A stretch of DNA of 62,866 bases, filler included. It is 7 parts of 7 records of this genome, joined end to end, with 100 filler letters (N's around TTAATTAATTAA, not from the genome) between each part and the next. Parts side by side here need not be neighbours in the genome. Positions count along the whole stretch, not along the records: positions 38,430 to 44,497 come from SRR31147125_17570; positions 44,598 to 50,277 come from SRR31147125_17583; positions 50,378 to 57,181 come from SRR31147125_17597; 4 more parts are not named here. One strand, written 5' to 3'. This document shows positions 42,886 through 52,652 of the stretch, piece by piece. The translations under genes and the position numbers were made by a program. Below the pieces are notes generated by a model, which had not been told where the DNA came from, did no database searches, and worked only from the letters and a program-made list of their open reading frames with translations. Each line of letters opens with the position of its first letter. The first letter of the stretch is position 1.

Positions 42886-42925
42886 TTGACTTACTATTTT
42901 ACGATTAAATAAAAATAAATATAAA

Positions 42926-43543
42926 ATGAAAAATCTAATTTTAACATTAACATTAACTCTTGGTTCATTCGCATTACAAGCTCAGGAAAAATTTGAACTT
43001 AAGGCTGATTACGACTATGCAGAAGATAAGGAAGTAAGGAATTTGAATGATTTTCAGGGAATTGAAAAAATGAAATTTGTTCTGAAAAACCCGGATAGCT
43101 TAATTGGCAAAAATTACAAACTGATTATCAAGGAATTTATAAAAGGAGAATTGGCGAATGAAATAACGGTTTTAGACACTGACAAAGAAGGATTACCAAA
43201 AATAGACAGCATGTTTCAATTTTCATTGTTTGCTCAACACATCGTTAATAAAGAAAGAATCGGTTTCTATTTCTCTAGATTTCTAAATAAACAAACATTT
43301 GAAACAAAAAACGAGTTTAGAGATGGTGATTTCCGGCTTAGGAAAATAAACGTTATGACAGAAAGTCTCGAATTCGAGTTAGGAAAGACATTTCAAATTG
43401 CTTTGATTACTCCTCCGAACAAAAATCCGAGTAAAGGTCATCTTGGATATTGTCAGGTTTCTCAAGGAGGGATTGACGTAAAAAACTGGTATGACAAATA
43501 TGAAATACCCCAATTTTTCCTAGTCTATATGGAAATTAAATAA
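42926..43543 (+). CDS. Exported hypothetical protein (cassette-like gene)
   Basis: 205 aa with signal peptide, bounded by attC-like sequences. Confidence 0.75.
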   Translation: MKNLILTLTLTLGSFALQAQEKFELKADYDYAEDKEVRNLNDFQGIEKMKFVLKNPDSLIGKNYKLIIKEFIKGELANEITVLDTDKEGLPKIDSMFQFSLFAQHIVNKERIGFYFSRFLNKQTFETKNEFRDGDFRLRKINVMTESLEFELGKTFQIALITPPNKNPSKGHLGYCQVSQGGIDVKNWYDKYEIPQFFLVYMEIK

Positions 43544-43545
43544 TA

Positions 43546-43732
43546 ACGTTTTACAGCAATGTATAAAAGTAATTGCGTTTTTGTGGGGATTCGAGCGATA
43601 GTAGTTCTAATCAGCACGCCAAATCTGCCGAATTGATTATTAAGATAAGGTGTAACTCTGGTTACTTATAAACTCGACACGAAACCGCATTTAATGCCGC
43701 TACATGCTCATATTATTAACGTTAGGGCACAT
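43546..43732. repeat. Bacteroidota attC-like intergenic element
   Basis: Starts ACGTTTTACAGCAATGTATAAAAGTAATTGCG two nt after a stop and ends CCGCTACATGCTCATATTATTAAC-GTTAGGGCACAT (GTTRRR core). Confidence 0.6.
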
Positions 43733-43759
43733 ACACGGGAAACAGTACAACAATATGAA

Positions 43760-44464
43760 ATGAGAGAATCAAAAATAGATAAAGAACAACTTGTTGAACA
43801 ATTCGGAGATAAGATTTCAAGATTATCACATCGAATGATTTGGGATAAAGAATTGGCAAAAGAAGCAGCCCAAGAAGTGTGGTATGAGATTTTAAAAAGC
43901 CTTGATAACTTTCGTGCCGTTTCAAACATATCAACTTGGATTTATACAATTTCCAAAAGGACAATTTTTAAATATGCTCAAAATGAGAAGATTCTAGAAT
44001 CAACGGATTTGGATACACATTTTAATCTTGAAAGTATAAATTATTATGGAGAGGAACAGGACAAAAAGGATTGGGTTAAAGAGAAATGTGATTATTGTTT
44101 GACAGCTTTCTGTCATTGTTTAACTAATGATGCCAGATTAATTTTCCTCTTTCGTGATATAGCAGAACTGACAGATTCTGAGATTGCCCAAATCATGGAT
44201 TTTAAAGAGGAGAATGTAAGACAAATCGCATTTCGTTCAAGAGAAAAGGTTAAAAGTTTTATGCAAAAAGACTGTGCATTGATAAATCCTCAAGGCAATT
44301 GCAGATGCAGGATAATTAAACATGTTAAATGTGTTGAGCTTGACAAAGAATATAGCAAACTTTCAAAAGCAGCGGGATTGATTGAAGTTTATAAAAAATT
44401 TGATAAAGAATTGCCCAGAAAGAATTATTGGGAAAAAATAATCCATGAAGTTGTCACAGGGTAA
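43760..44464 (+). CDS. ECF sigma factor with Cys-rich C-terminal extension
   Basis: AKEAAQEVW, FRAVSNISTWIYTI, EIAQIM..EENVR; CDYC..CHC and C..INP...CRC; start MRESK at 43760. Confidence 0.85.
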   Translation: MRESKIDKEQLVEQFGDKISRLSHRMIWDKELAKEAAQEVWYEILKSLDNFRAVSNISTWIYTISKRTIFKYAQNEKILESTDLDTHFNLESINYYGEEQDKKDWVKEKCDYCLTAFCHCLTNDARLIFLFRDIAELTDSEIAQIMDFKEENVRQIAFRSREKVKSFMQKDCALINPQGNCRCRIIKHVKCVELDKEYSKLSKAAGLIEVYKKFDKELPRKNYWEKIIHEVVTG

Positions 44465-44497
44465 TTATTTTCTCCACTAAACAGGTATATGTTTAAT

Positions 44498-44597
44498 NNN
44501 NNNNNNNNNNNNNNNNNNNNNNNNNNNNNNNNNNNNNNNNNTTAATTAATTAANNNNNNNNNNNNNNNNNNNNNNNNNNNNNNNNNNNNNNNNNNNN
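44498..44597. other. Contig-joining spacer
   Basis: N-run, TTAATTAATTAA, N-run. Confidence 0.98.
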
Positions 44598-44674
44598 TTT
44601 CAGCAAGTTCTTGTTTTATTGTATTTTCAGCGCTCATTACGAAGCTCTAACGCATAATCCGGGTTAAAATTTTG

Positions 44675-44755
44675 CGCCATGCTTTAGCTTGGCGATAAAT
44701 GGAATGAATAAGATTGGCTTTAGCCTTTAAATGGTAAGGTTAAAGGCTAAAGCCA
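44675..44755. repeat. REP-like palindromes
   Basis: CGCCATGCTTTAGCTTGGCG and GGCTTTAGCCTTTAA...TTAAAGGCTAAAGCC. Confidence 0.55.
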
Positions 44756-44793
44756 CGGTGCAAAAACAAGAAAAACTAATTTTAATAACCGAT

Positions 44794-46293
44794 ATGAAAA
44801 TCGCAATTTTATTTACTGCAGTTTTATTATTCAGTTTAACCTCATGCAAGGTTAAAACAAAGGAAGAGTTTAAACAACCCAATATCCTGTTCTGCATTGC
44901 CGACGATGCATCGATGAAAAGTTTTGGCGCTTATGGCTGCGACTGGATTAAAACTCCTGCCGTAGACCGACTTGCAAAAGAGGGAGCCGTTTTTACCAAT
45001 GCTTACAATTGTAATCCGAAATGTGCACCGGCGCGTGCTTGTTTGGTTACCGGAAAATACAGCTGGCAGTTAAAACAAGCTTGTAACCACTGGCCACATT
45101 TCCCGGCAGAATTTAAGTTTTACCCACATTTATTAATGGATGCCGGCTACCATGTTGGACTTACCGGAAAAGGGTGGGGGCCCGGAAGTTACGAAACAGA
45201 ACATAACCCTGCGGGGCCTGCCTACAGCGAAATAAGAGTTAAACCTCCGTACAAAGGAATTAATTCAGTTGATTACGCATCTAACTTTGACGTATTTCTG
45301 GATAAAAATACCGATGAAAAACCATTTTGTTTTTGGCTGGGAGCATACGAACCGCACCGCTTTTACGAAAAAGATTCGTGGAAAAAAGAGAATAAAATTT
45401 TAGAAGAAGCTGAAGTTCCCGGGTTTTACCCGGATAATGAAACCATTCGTGGCGATTTGCAGGATTATGCCATTGAAGTAGAATGGTACGATACCCACAT
45501 TGGCAGAGCAATAAAAGCACTAGAAGATAGAGGATTATTGGAAAACACGCTGGTTTTAATTACTTCCGATCACGGAATGCCATTTCCGCGTGTAAAAGGA
45601 CAAATTTACGAAGAGGGATTTCATGTGCCGTTAATTGCATATTGGAAAGGAGTAATTCAGCCCGGTCGTAAAATTGATGATTTTGTGAGTTTCCCCGATG
45701 TGGCTCCAACTATTATGGAAGCTGCCGGATTAAAACCACACGAGCAAATGACGGGTAATAGTTTCCTCGATTTATTGAAATCGGAAAAATCGGGAAGAGT
45801 AGATGAAAGTCGCGACCACGTTTTACTGGGCAAAGAACGCCACGATACAGGCCGTGCAAACGAAGATGGTGTTGATTTATCTTATCCAGTTCGGGCTATT
45901 CGTAACGATAAATTTTTATACGCACACAACATAAAACCTGAGCGCTGGCCTGTTGGAAATCCTGAATATGGTTACAGAAACTGCGATGGTTCGCCAACAA
46001 AATCTTACTTATTGGATATCGAAGAAAGTGACGATGAATATAAATACCGAGAAATGAGCTTTGGTATGCGTCAGGAGGAAGAATTGTACAACATTCAGGA
46101 CGATCCGGATTGTATGAAAAATCTGGCTGCTTTCCCCGAATATGCTGAAGTAAAAGCAAAACTTCGTAAGCAAATGGAAGCTGAACTTACTGCCCAAGGC
46201 GACCCACGAACTATGGGTAATGGCGATGTTTTTGATAAATATCCGTATGTGGGTAAACAGTTGGATTATAGTAAGAAATTGATTCACAAATAG
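44794..46293 (+). CDS. Sulfatase (lipoprotein)
   Basis: PNILFCIADD, CAPAR (CxPxR), TSDHG; lipobox LTSC. Confidence 0.92.
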   Translation: MKIAILFTAVLLFSLTSCKVKTKEEFKQPNILFCIADDASMKSFGAYGCDWIKTPAVDRLAKEGAVFTNAYNCNPKCAPARACLVTGKYSWQLKQACNHWPHFPAEFKFYPHLLMDAGYHVGLTGKGWGPGSYETEHNPAGPAYSEIRVKPPYKGINSVDYASNFDVFLDKNTDEKPFCFWLGAYEPHRFYEKDSWKKENKILEEAEVPGFYPDNETIRGDLQDYAIEVEWYDTHIGRAIKALEDRGLLENTLVLITSDHGMPFPRVKGQIYEEGFHVPLIAYWKGVIQPGRKIDDFVSFPDVAPTIMEAAGLKPHEQMTGNSFLDLLKSEKSGRVDESRDHVLLGKERHDTGRANEDGVDLSYPVRAIRNDKFLYAHNIKPERWPVGNPEYGYRNCDGSPTKSYLLDIEESDDEYKYREMSFGMRQEEELYNIQDDPDCMKNLAAFPEYAEVKAKLRKQMEAELTAQGDPRTMGNGDVFDKYPYVGKQLDYSKKLIHK

Positions 46294-46372
46294 AAAAAAA
46301 ACACACAATAGGCAGAATAGAACACATTAGAACTATTGTGACCTAATGTGTCTACAATCTAAAAAAATAGAA

Positions 46373-47782
46373 ATGAAAATAACACTTTTAATCGCAATCA
46401 TAGCTATTCTTTTTACAAGTTGTTCAACAAAATCAAGCAATAAGAATCAAGAATCTAATAATCAGGAAAGACCAAACATTCTTTTCCTTTTAGCCGATGA
46501 TATGGGCTACGGAGAATTGGGCTGCTACGGACAGGAAGTAATACAAACGCCAGTTTTGGACAATTTTGCCAAAGAAGGAATTCGTTTTACAAATTTCTAC
46601 GCGGGTAACCCGGTTTGTTCGCCGTCGCGCGCTATTTTAATGACAGGAATTAGCTCCTCGCACAATACAATTCGTGGTAATAAAGGTTGGGATGTAGAAC
46701 ATCAACGTTACGACCGAATTCCATTAAAAAAGACAGAAATTACCATTGCCGAAATGCTGAAAAAAGCCGATTATCAAACTGCTTTTGTTGGCAAGTGGCA
46801 CATGGAAGACCCCAACGATATGAGTACCTGGGCCTACGCTCGCGGATTTGATTATGCAGTGCAAGAACAATGGGGCAGCCCCTATGAAGGTATTAAATAC
46901 GACGAGCAAATGCATTGGGTGAATGCCAAAGAAGATTCGATGTATTACGTTGAAACAGAGTGGGATTGTAAAGATGAATTTCGCACTGAAATTGCGTTTG
47001 ATTGGTTAGATACTCAAATGGATAAGGGAAAGCCTTTCTTCTTATTTATGTCGTACCGCGCACCACATGCCCACGAATATTACATTAATAATAAAGAATT
47101 GTATGCCGACCGTGGTTGGCCCAAAGAAGAGCGCCGGCATGCTGCAAAAATTACCTTGCTCGATAAACAAATTGGTCGCATGCTGAAGAAACTGGAGGAA
47201 ATGGGCGAACTGGATAACACGCTAATTTTCTTTACCAGCGACAACGGTCCAACCGGCGAAGGAGGCCACGATTACGAATTCTTTAACAGCAACGGCGATT
47301 TACGAGGTTACAAACGCGACACCTACGAAGGTGGAATACGTGTACCGGCAATGGCATATTGGAAAGGAAAAATTAAAGGCGGTCAGATTTCTGACTACAT
47401 TGGCTGTGGTTTCGATTTTATGGCTACCATTTCCGATGCTGTAGGAATTGATGTTCCAAAGCAATCGAATGGCGTTTCGTTTTTGCCAATTCTTACCGGC
47501 GAAACAGCCGAAAAACGCGACTTCCTGAATTGGGAGTTTCAGAGAAACGGACAAAATCCTGAAGCTTTCCGCCAGGCATGCCGAATTGGAAATATGAAAG
47601 GAGTTCGTTACGGAATTAACAATCCGACTGAAATTTACGATTTAAGCAAAGACATTTCAGAAACAAATAATATTGCCGAGCAACATCCTGAATTGGCAAA
47701 ACAAATGGAAAAGATTTTCGAGGAAGAACGGACTGATAATCCGCATTATCCTTACGGTGGTGGTAATCCGAAAGAGAAATAA
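46373..47782 (+). CDS. Arylsulfatase (lipoprotein)
   Basis: PNILFLLADDMG, CSPSR, GKWH, SDNG, YEGGIRVP motifs. Confidence 0.93.
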   Translation: MKITLLIAIIAILFTSCSTKSSNKNQESNNQERPNILFLLADDMGYGELGCYGQEVIQTPVLDNFAKEGIRFTNFYAGNPVCSPSRAILMTGISSSHNTIRGNKGWDVEHQRYDRIPLKKTEITIAEMLKKADYQTAFVGKWHMEDPNDMSTWAYARGFDYAVQEQWGSPYEGIKYDEQMHWVNAKEDSMYYVETEWDCKDEFRTEIAFDWLDTQMDKGKPFFLFMSYRAPHAHEYYINNKELYADRGWPKEERRHAAKITLLDKQIGRMLKKLEEMGELDNTLIFFTSDNGPTGEGGHDYEFFNSNGDLRGYKRDTYEGGIRVPAMAYWKGKIKGGQISDYIGCGFDFMATISDAVGIDVPKQSNGVSFLPILTGETAEKRDFLNWEFQRNGQNPEAFRQACRIGNMKGVRYGINNPTEIYDLSKDISETNNIAEQHPELAKQMEKIFEEERTDNPHYPYGGGNPKEK

Positions 47783-47793
47783 AATTGTTACGA

Positions 47794-47836
47794 GTCGTCA
47801 CTCCACTATTTTTTAAAATTATAGTGGGGTGACGAT
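47794..47836. terminator. Hairpin after sulfatases
   Basis: TCGTCACTCCACTAT...ATAGTGGGGTGACGA. Confidence 0.6.
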
Positions 47837-47925
47837 TATCCTAAAATTGATTTTCAAATTGTGTTAATAAGGCGTTGGAACCGGGCAGAATTATTTTTAA
47901 ATTTGGTTGAAACTAAAACTAAACC

Positions 47926-48672
47926 ATGAAAAAACTTCACCTATTTAGCTTTCTTATTGTTTCATTTTTCTTTGGCTTTGTGGTAGGAGCAAATGCACAA
48001 AGTAGTGTTTCGTTACGTTCGCAATGGCTCGATCCAACCAACTTATTTACCGAAGATACACCAACTATCGAATTTACTAGCGATGTGGCCATTGGTGGTC
48101 CCTTTAATCTTCATTTTTATTATGCGCATGATATCGACAATCGTGTTCCTATTTATTTAATTGGTGGGATAAATTACAATCTTTTATCCAAGTCGATTGA
48201 TAGTTTAGTGGTGAATAATAGTGTGGAGAAATTTCCGAAAATGTCTACCGACCTGATGTTAACCTACCAGTATTTTCATACGCTCGACCAGCTATCAGCA
48301 ATTCAACCGGTATTTACGGTAAACCGGTATTTCGTTCGAAAATCTTCAACTTCTGTTCATACATTAATGGCCGAGTTTTCGCCATGGATGTCGATAGACA
48401 GGGAAGAATGGTACCAGGATGGATATTATTTAACCACAAAATACAATTATGCAAAATTCATAAAAAAATGGAAATTTGATACCAATTTATCGGCCATTGC
48501 AGTTCAGGTTATTGAAGAAGACTGGGATGCTTTTGTACTTGGTGCAGTATTGGGTGTTTCTGCAAAATTTCTTCCTTTAAAAACTTCGCTCGATATTGTT
48601 TTGAACAAACCTTTAATTACCGACGACGAAGATGATATGGATTTTACAATTGGGATTACAAAGGAATTCTAA
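47926..48672 (+). CDS. Putative outer-membrane beta-barrel protein
   Basis: Signal peptide, amphipathic strands, C-terminal Phe (IGITKEF). Confidence 0.6.
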   Translation: MKKLHLFSFLIVSFFFGFVVGANAQSSVSLRSQWLDPTNLFTEDTPTIEFTSDVAIGGPFNLHFYYAHDIDNRVPIYLIGGINYNLLSKSIDSLVVNNSVEKFPKMSTDLMLTYQYFHTLDQLSAIQPVFTVNRYFVRKSSTSVHTLMAEFSPWMSIDREEWYQDGYYLTTKYNYAKFIKKWKFDTNLSAIAVQVIEEDWDAFVLGAVLGVSAKFLPLKTSLDIVLNKPLITDDEDDMDFTIGITKEF

Positions 48673-48796
48673 TCCGTTTTTAAAACTTATTTTTGGTTCG
48701 TTCCCATTCTTGTCTGTTCTGTTGTTTTATACGCCAAAGTGGTTATTCTAAAAAAATAAACACTATTTTTAGCGGCCTAAATCATTTTTTACCGTA

Positions 48797-49757
48797 ATGA
48801 AGAAGATATTATTTGTTCTGGCAGCAGTAATGCTGTTTGCTTTTAGTTCGGAAGCAAAAAAAATTAAAGTTTTAATTATTGATGGGCAAAACAACCACGC
48901 TGTGTGGCCCAAGGCAACAATAATGATGAAACAATACCTGTAAGAAACAGGGATGTTTAAAGTAGATATTGCCCGTACAAAATTTACCCAAGGGTGAGCG
49001 CGAAGCCGAATGGTTACCATTGGCAGGTGTGGGAGAAACGCAAGACTTGAAAGAGCCAAAAACAGATCCCGATTTCGCGCCAAAATTTAAAAAGTACGAT
49101 GTTGTTGTAAATAACTTTGGGTGGAAAGCTGCTCCCTGGCCAGAAACTACGCAGAAAGCTTTTGAAGCCTACATGAAAAATGGCGGTGGTATGGTAGTAA
49201 TTCATGCTGCCGATAATTCGTGGGGCGAGTGGGACGAATACAATAAAATGATTGGACTTGGTGGTTGGGGCGATCGTGATGAAAAACATGGTCCGTATGT
49301 GTATTACACCAACGAAGGCAAATTGGTTCGAGACAATTCTCCTGGGAAAGCTGGTTCGCATGGAGCACAAGATGAAATTAAAATGGTGACACGTGTAAAA
49401 GATCACCCGATTACCAAAGGAATACCAACCAATTGGTTGAGTGGCAAAGACGAGTGTTATGCAAAATTGCGTGGACCTGCCGAAAATATGACAATTTTGG
49501 TTACCGGAAAAGACCAAACAGAAAGAGCTCCAACCGACCGCCACGAGCCTATGTTAATGGTTTTGGATTACGGGAAAGGCCGCATTTTTCATGATGCGCT
49601 GGGGCACGACGATTACTCATACGAAAATGTAGGTTTTATCTCTACATTTATTCGCGGCACAGAATGGGCAGCAACCGGGGAAGTAACAATTCCGGTACCG
49701 GATGATTTTCCTACAGCTTCTGACAATACAACACGAAAGTTTGAATTGAAAAAGTAA
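48797..49757 (+). pseudogene. ThuA-domain protein, disrupted
   Basis: MKKILF..KVLIIDGQNNH start, in-frame TAA at 48941-48943 and a frameshift near 48990, then GGGMVVIHAA and GKGRIFH..LGH. Confidence 0.75.
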
Positions 49758-49775
49758 TATCAAACAATTTAATAC

Positions 49776-49812
49776 AAAAAATCCTTTCCTGATTTTGGGA
49801 AGGATTTTTTTT
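49776..49812 (+). terminator. Intrinsic terminator
   Basis: AAAAAATCCTTTCC-TGATTTT-GGGAAGGATTTTTTTT. Confidence 0.75.
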
Positions 49813-49864
49813 CAATATAGATTATTGTATACAGTATTCTTAAATTTATAATATCTAAATTAAC

Positions 49865-50277
49865 ATGACTAATTTAAAACAAACTTCAATTTTAATTATT
49901 CTTATTGTTTCTTGTGTTTTCACAGTTAATGCTCAAAAGAAAAAAGGATTCGAAAAACTATTTAATGGTAAAAACCTCGATGGCTGGTACCTAAAAATTA
50001 GAAGCGGAGATGAGGAGCTTGCAAAAAAGGTGTACGCTGTTGATAAAGGCACCATTCATGTTTTCAAAGACTTCCCGGAAGAATACGAGCTTAATACAGG
50101 CAAAAATGCTACGCATGGTTTATTTTATACCAACAAAAAATACAGCAAATTTATTTTCAAATTCGAATATAAATGGGGAAAAGGAATAGCCAATAATTTT
50201 AATCAGTTTCAATACGATGCTGGAATGTATTATCATGTGGTAGACGATAAAATATGGCCTAAAGGAATTGAATACCA
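49865..50277 (+). CDS. DUF1080 (3-keto-disaccharide hydrolase-like) protein, 3'-truncated
   Basis: LFNGKNLDGW, FEYKW, WP.GIEY motifs. Confidence 0.8.
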
Positions 50278-50377
50278 NNNNNNNNNNNNNNNNNNNNNNN
50301 NNNNNNNNNNNNNNNNNNNNNTTAATTAATTAANNNNNNNNNNNNNNNNNNNNNNNNNNNNNNNNNNNNNNNNNNNN
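50278..50377. other. Contig-joining spacer
   Basis: N-run, TTAATTAATTAA, N-run. Confidence 0.98.
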
Positions 50378-50378
50378 A

Positions 50379-50609
50379 AAAAGTGAAACAAGAGAAGCTT
50401 TTTACAACTTTATAGGAAAAAGTTCATCACGCATGAAATCAATATGGATGAAAAGAATGCTGTCAGGAGAGGGCGATCCTCCGGAGGCCTTACCGTCTTT
50501 GAATGAGATGTTAAAAAAAGTGGCATCGACTCCAGGCGCAATCGGGTTTATTAACCATAATAACGTCAACGAGGAAGTGAAAACACTCATGCTCATAGAT
50601 GTAAAGTGA
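50379..50609 (+). CDS. C-terminal part of a small PBP-like (PstS-fold) protein, not in the ORF track
   Basis: Manual translation KSETREAFY..W.KRMLSGEGDPP..KKVASTPGAIGFI..VK*. Confidence 0.65.
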   Translation, partial: KSETREAFYNFIGKSSSRMKSIWMKRMLSGEGDPPEALPSLNEMLKKVASTPGAIGFINHNNVNEEVKTLMLIDVK

Positions 50610-50660
50610 GTAAACCTGTGATTAGAAAAAAAACAATCAGAATGAATTTTAAGGGATAAT

Positions 50661-52389
50661 ATGTATTTTAAAGATTTTAAGCTGGGTACAAAGCAGAAAA
50701 TCGGCTTTGGGTTCATTCTTTTCATTATGACAGGAGCAAATTTTTTTTCAATTAATAGAATGAAATCAATCAAAGCTGAATTTGCAACAGTGACAACAAA
50801 CTGGCTGCCAAGAGCCATTGCTGTTTCCGATATTAATCTATACACCTCTGACCTGCGCCTCAATCAATTGCAGCACGCCTTCGCAACTGACGAGGCAAGT
50901 AAGCAGTCTCAAGTTGAAAAAATGATCTTATTGATCGATAATATTAATGAGAATCTTGACATCTATGATTCTCTTAAAACAGACTCTGAACAACGCCATC
51001 TTTATTCCGTCATAGAGCGCCAGCTTTTTTCCGAGTTTGATCAAAAGTGGGATGATTATCAAGCTTTAAGTATTATGTTTTTTAAATTTTCACGTGAAAA
51101 TGAACGTCAAAAAGCTGTGGAACTCTTGAATGGGGAAGCGAAAAACGTATTTAATGATATTAGTGAGATCCTGGTAAAGATTGTCAATAATTATGAAAAA
51201 GATGTGTTTACGTCTACCAGCCGTGTTGACAATGCTTTTAAAACGACCCGGCTCGTAGCTCTGGGTCTGTTGATCACGACTGTAGCGTTATCATTTTTTC
51301 TCATTCGTACTAATCCGATGGATAACAGTACCTATTCATCAATTAGAAAAAGCAGCAAAAAAGGTAGCAGAAGGAAATTTGAATGTGGAATTAGACATCC
51401 TTAGTAAAGATGAGATCGGAAATCTATCCAGATCCTTTAACAGTATGACATCCTCTCTTAAAAAAGCAACGGAAAAACTAAAAAGCCAGGCCGATCGATT
51501 AAAAAAGCAAGCGGTCAATTTAAAAGCCACTAACAAAGAATTAAAAGATAAATCTGTTCTCCTTGAAAAACAAAAAACTGAAATAATCCAAAAAAATCTG
51601 GCTCTTTATTCAACAATGGAGGAATTAGAATCGACGCAGGAGCAATTATTAATGAAGGAAAAAATGGCTTCTTTGGGAGATTTGGTTGCCGGAGTAGCCC
51701 ACGAGATTAATAATCCGATTGGCGTCGTAATCAGCTCCCAGAATGTTTCTGAGCGCTGTATTTATAAAATAGAACTTTTATTAGACAAAAGTTCAACAAT
51801 TGATGAATTAAAAAAAGACGAGGGCCTTGCAAAATCATTAAATATCCTCAAAGACTCTTCAAGCGTTATTCTAACGGCAAGTAACCGAATTGTTACCATT
51901 GTAAAAAGCCTGAAAAATTTTGCCAGATTAGATGAGGCGGAATATCAGCTGGTAAATATACACGAAGGCATCAACAGTAGTTTGACACTTTTGGGAACAG
52001 AGATTCAGCAACGCATTTCCGTGGTCAAAGAATATAGTGACATTCCAAAATTTGAATGCAATCCCGGTCAATTGAACCAGGTATTCATTAACGTGCTGAA
52101 AAACGCTGCACAAGCCATTGAAGAACAAGGTGTAATTCACATAAAAACATTTTTAAAGAACAGCAAAATTTATGTTCAGATCTCCGATACAGGCAAAGGT
52201 ATTCCCACCGACAAATTGAAGAAAATTTTTGACTTTAGTTTTTCCGCCGAAGACAAACGTGTAAAGTTGGGATCAGGCTTGGCAACAGCTTATAATATCG
52301 TACAAAAGCACAAAGGAGAAATTCTTGTAGAAAGTGAAATCGGGAAAGGATCTACGGTTTCAGTTATTTTGCCGAAGGAGCAGGATTAA
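50661..52389 (+). CDS. Sensor histidine kinase (four-helix sensor, HAMP, HisKA, HATPase), frameshift ~51295
   Basis: TM-4HB-TM, DEIGNLSRSFN HAMP, GVAHEINNP H-box, N/G boxes; frames join at a T-run. Confidence 0.88.
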
Positions 52390-52579
52390 ATAAATTCTCC
52401 TCTTCCTGTTTTTCCTCATTTGTCAAACCTTCTTTGTAATTAAGTTTGCTAATTACCTCCTGAATGATATGTGACGTCGTGTCAAAATTTAGATCTTAGA
52501 AGTATAAATTGAGTTTGACAAGTATATAATTATCTGTAACCTAAGTCCGGCCATCTTGTTGAAAAATCATCAAAAAACA

Positions 52580-52652
52580 AAATAACCAAATAACCCAAAT
52601 GATCAAAGCACCAAATCACCTGTAGATGATTGTCCGGGACGAACGGCACGAA
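52580..52652 (-). repeat. Shared 3' element, copy B (VR end plus IMH-like tail)
   Basis: 67/73 nt identical to 54653-54725, including non-coding ~8-nt GGTTATTT-like tandem repeats. Confidence 0.9.
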
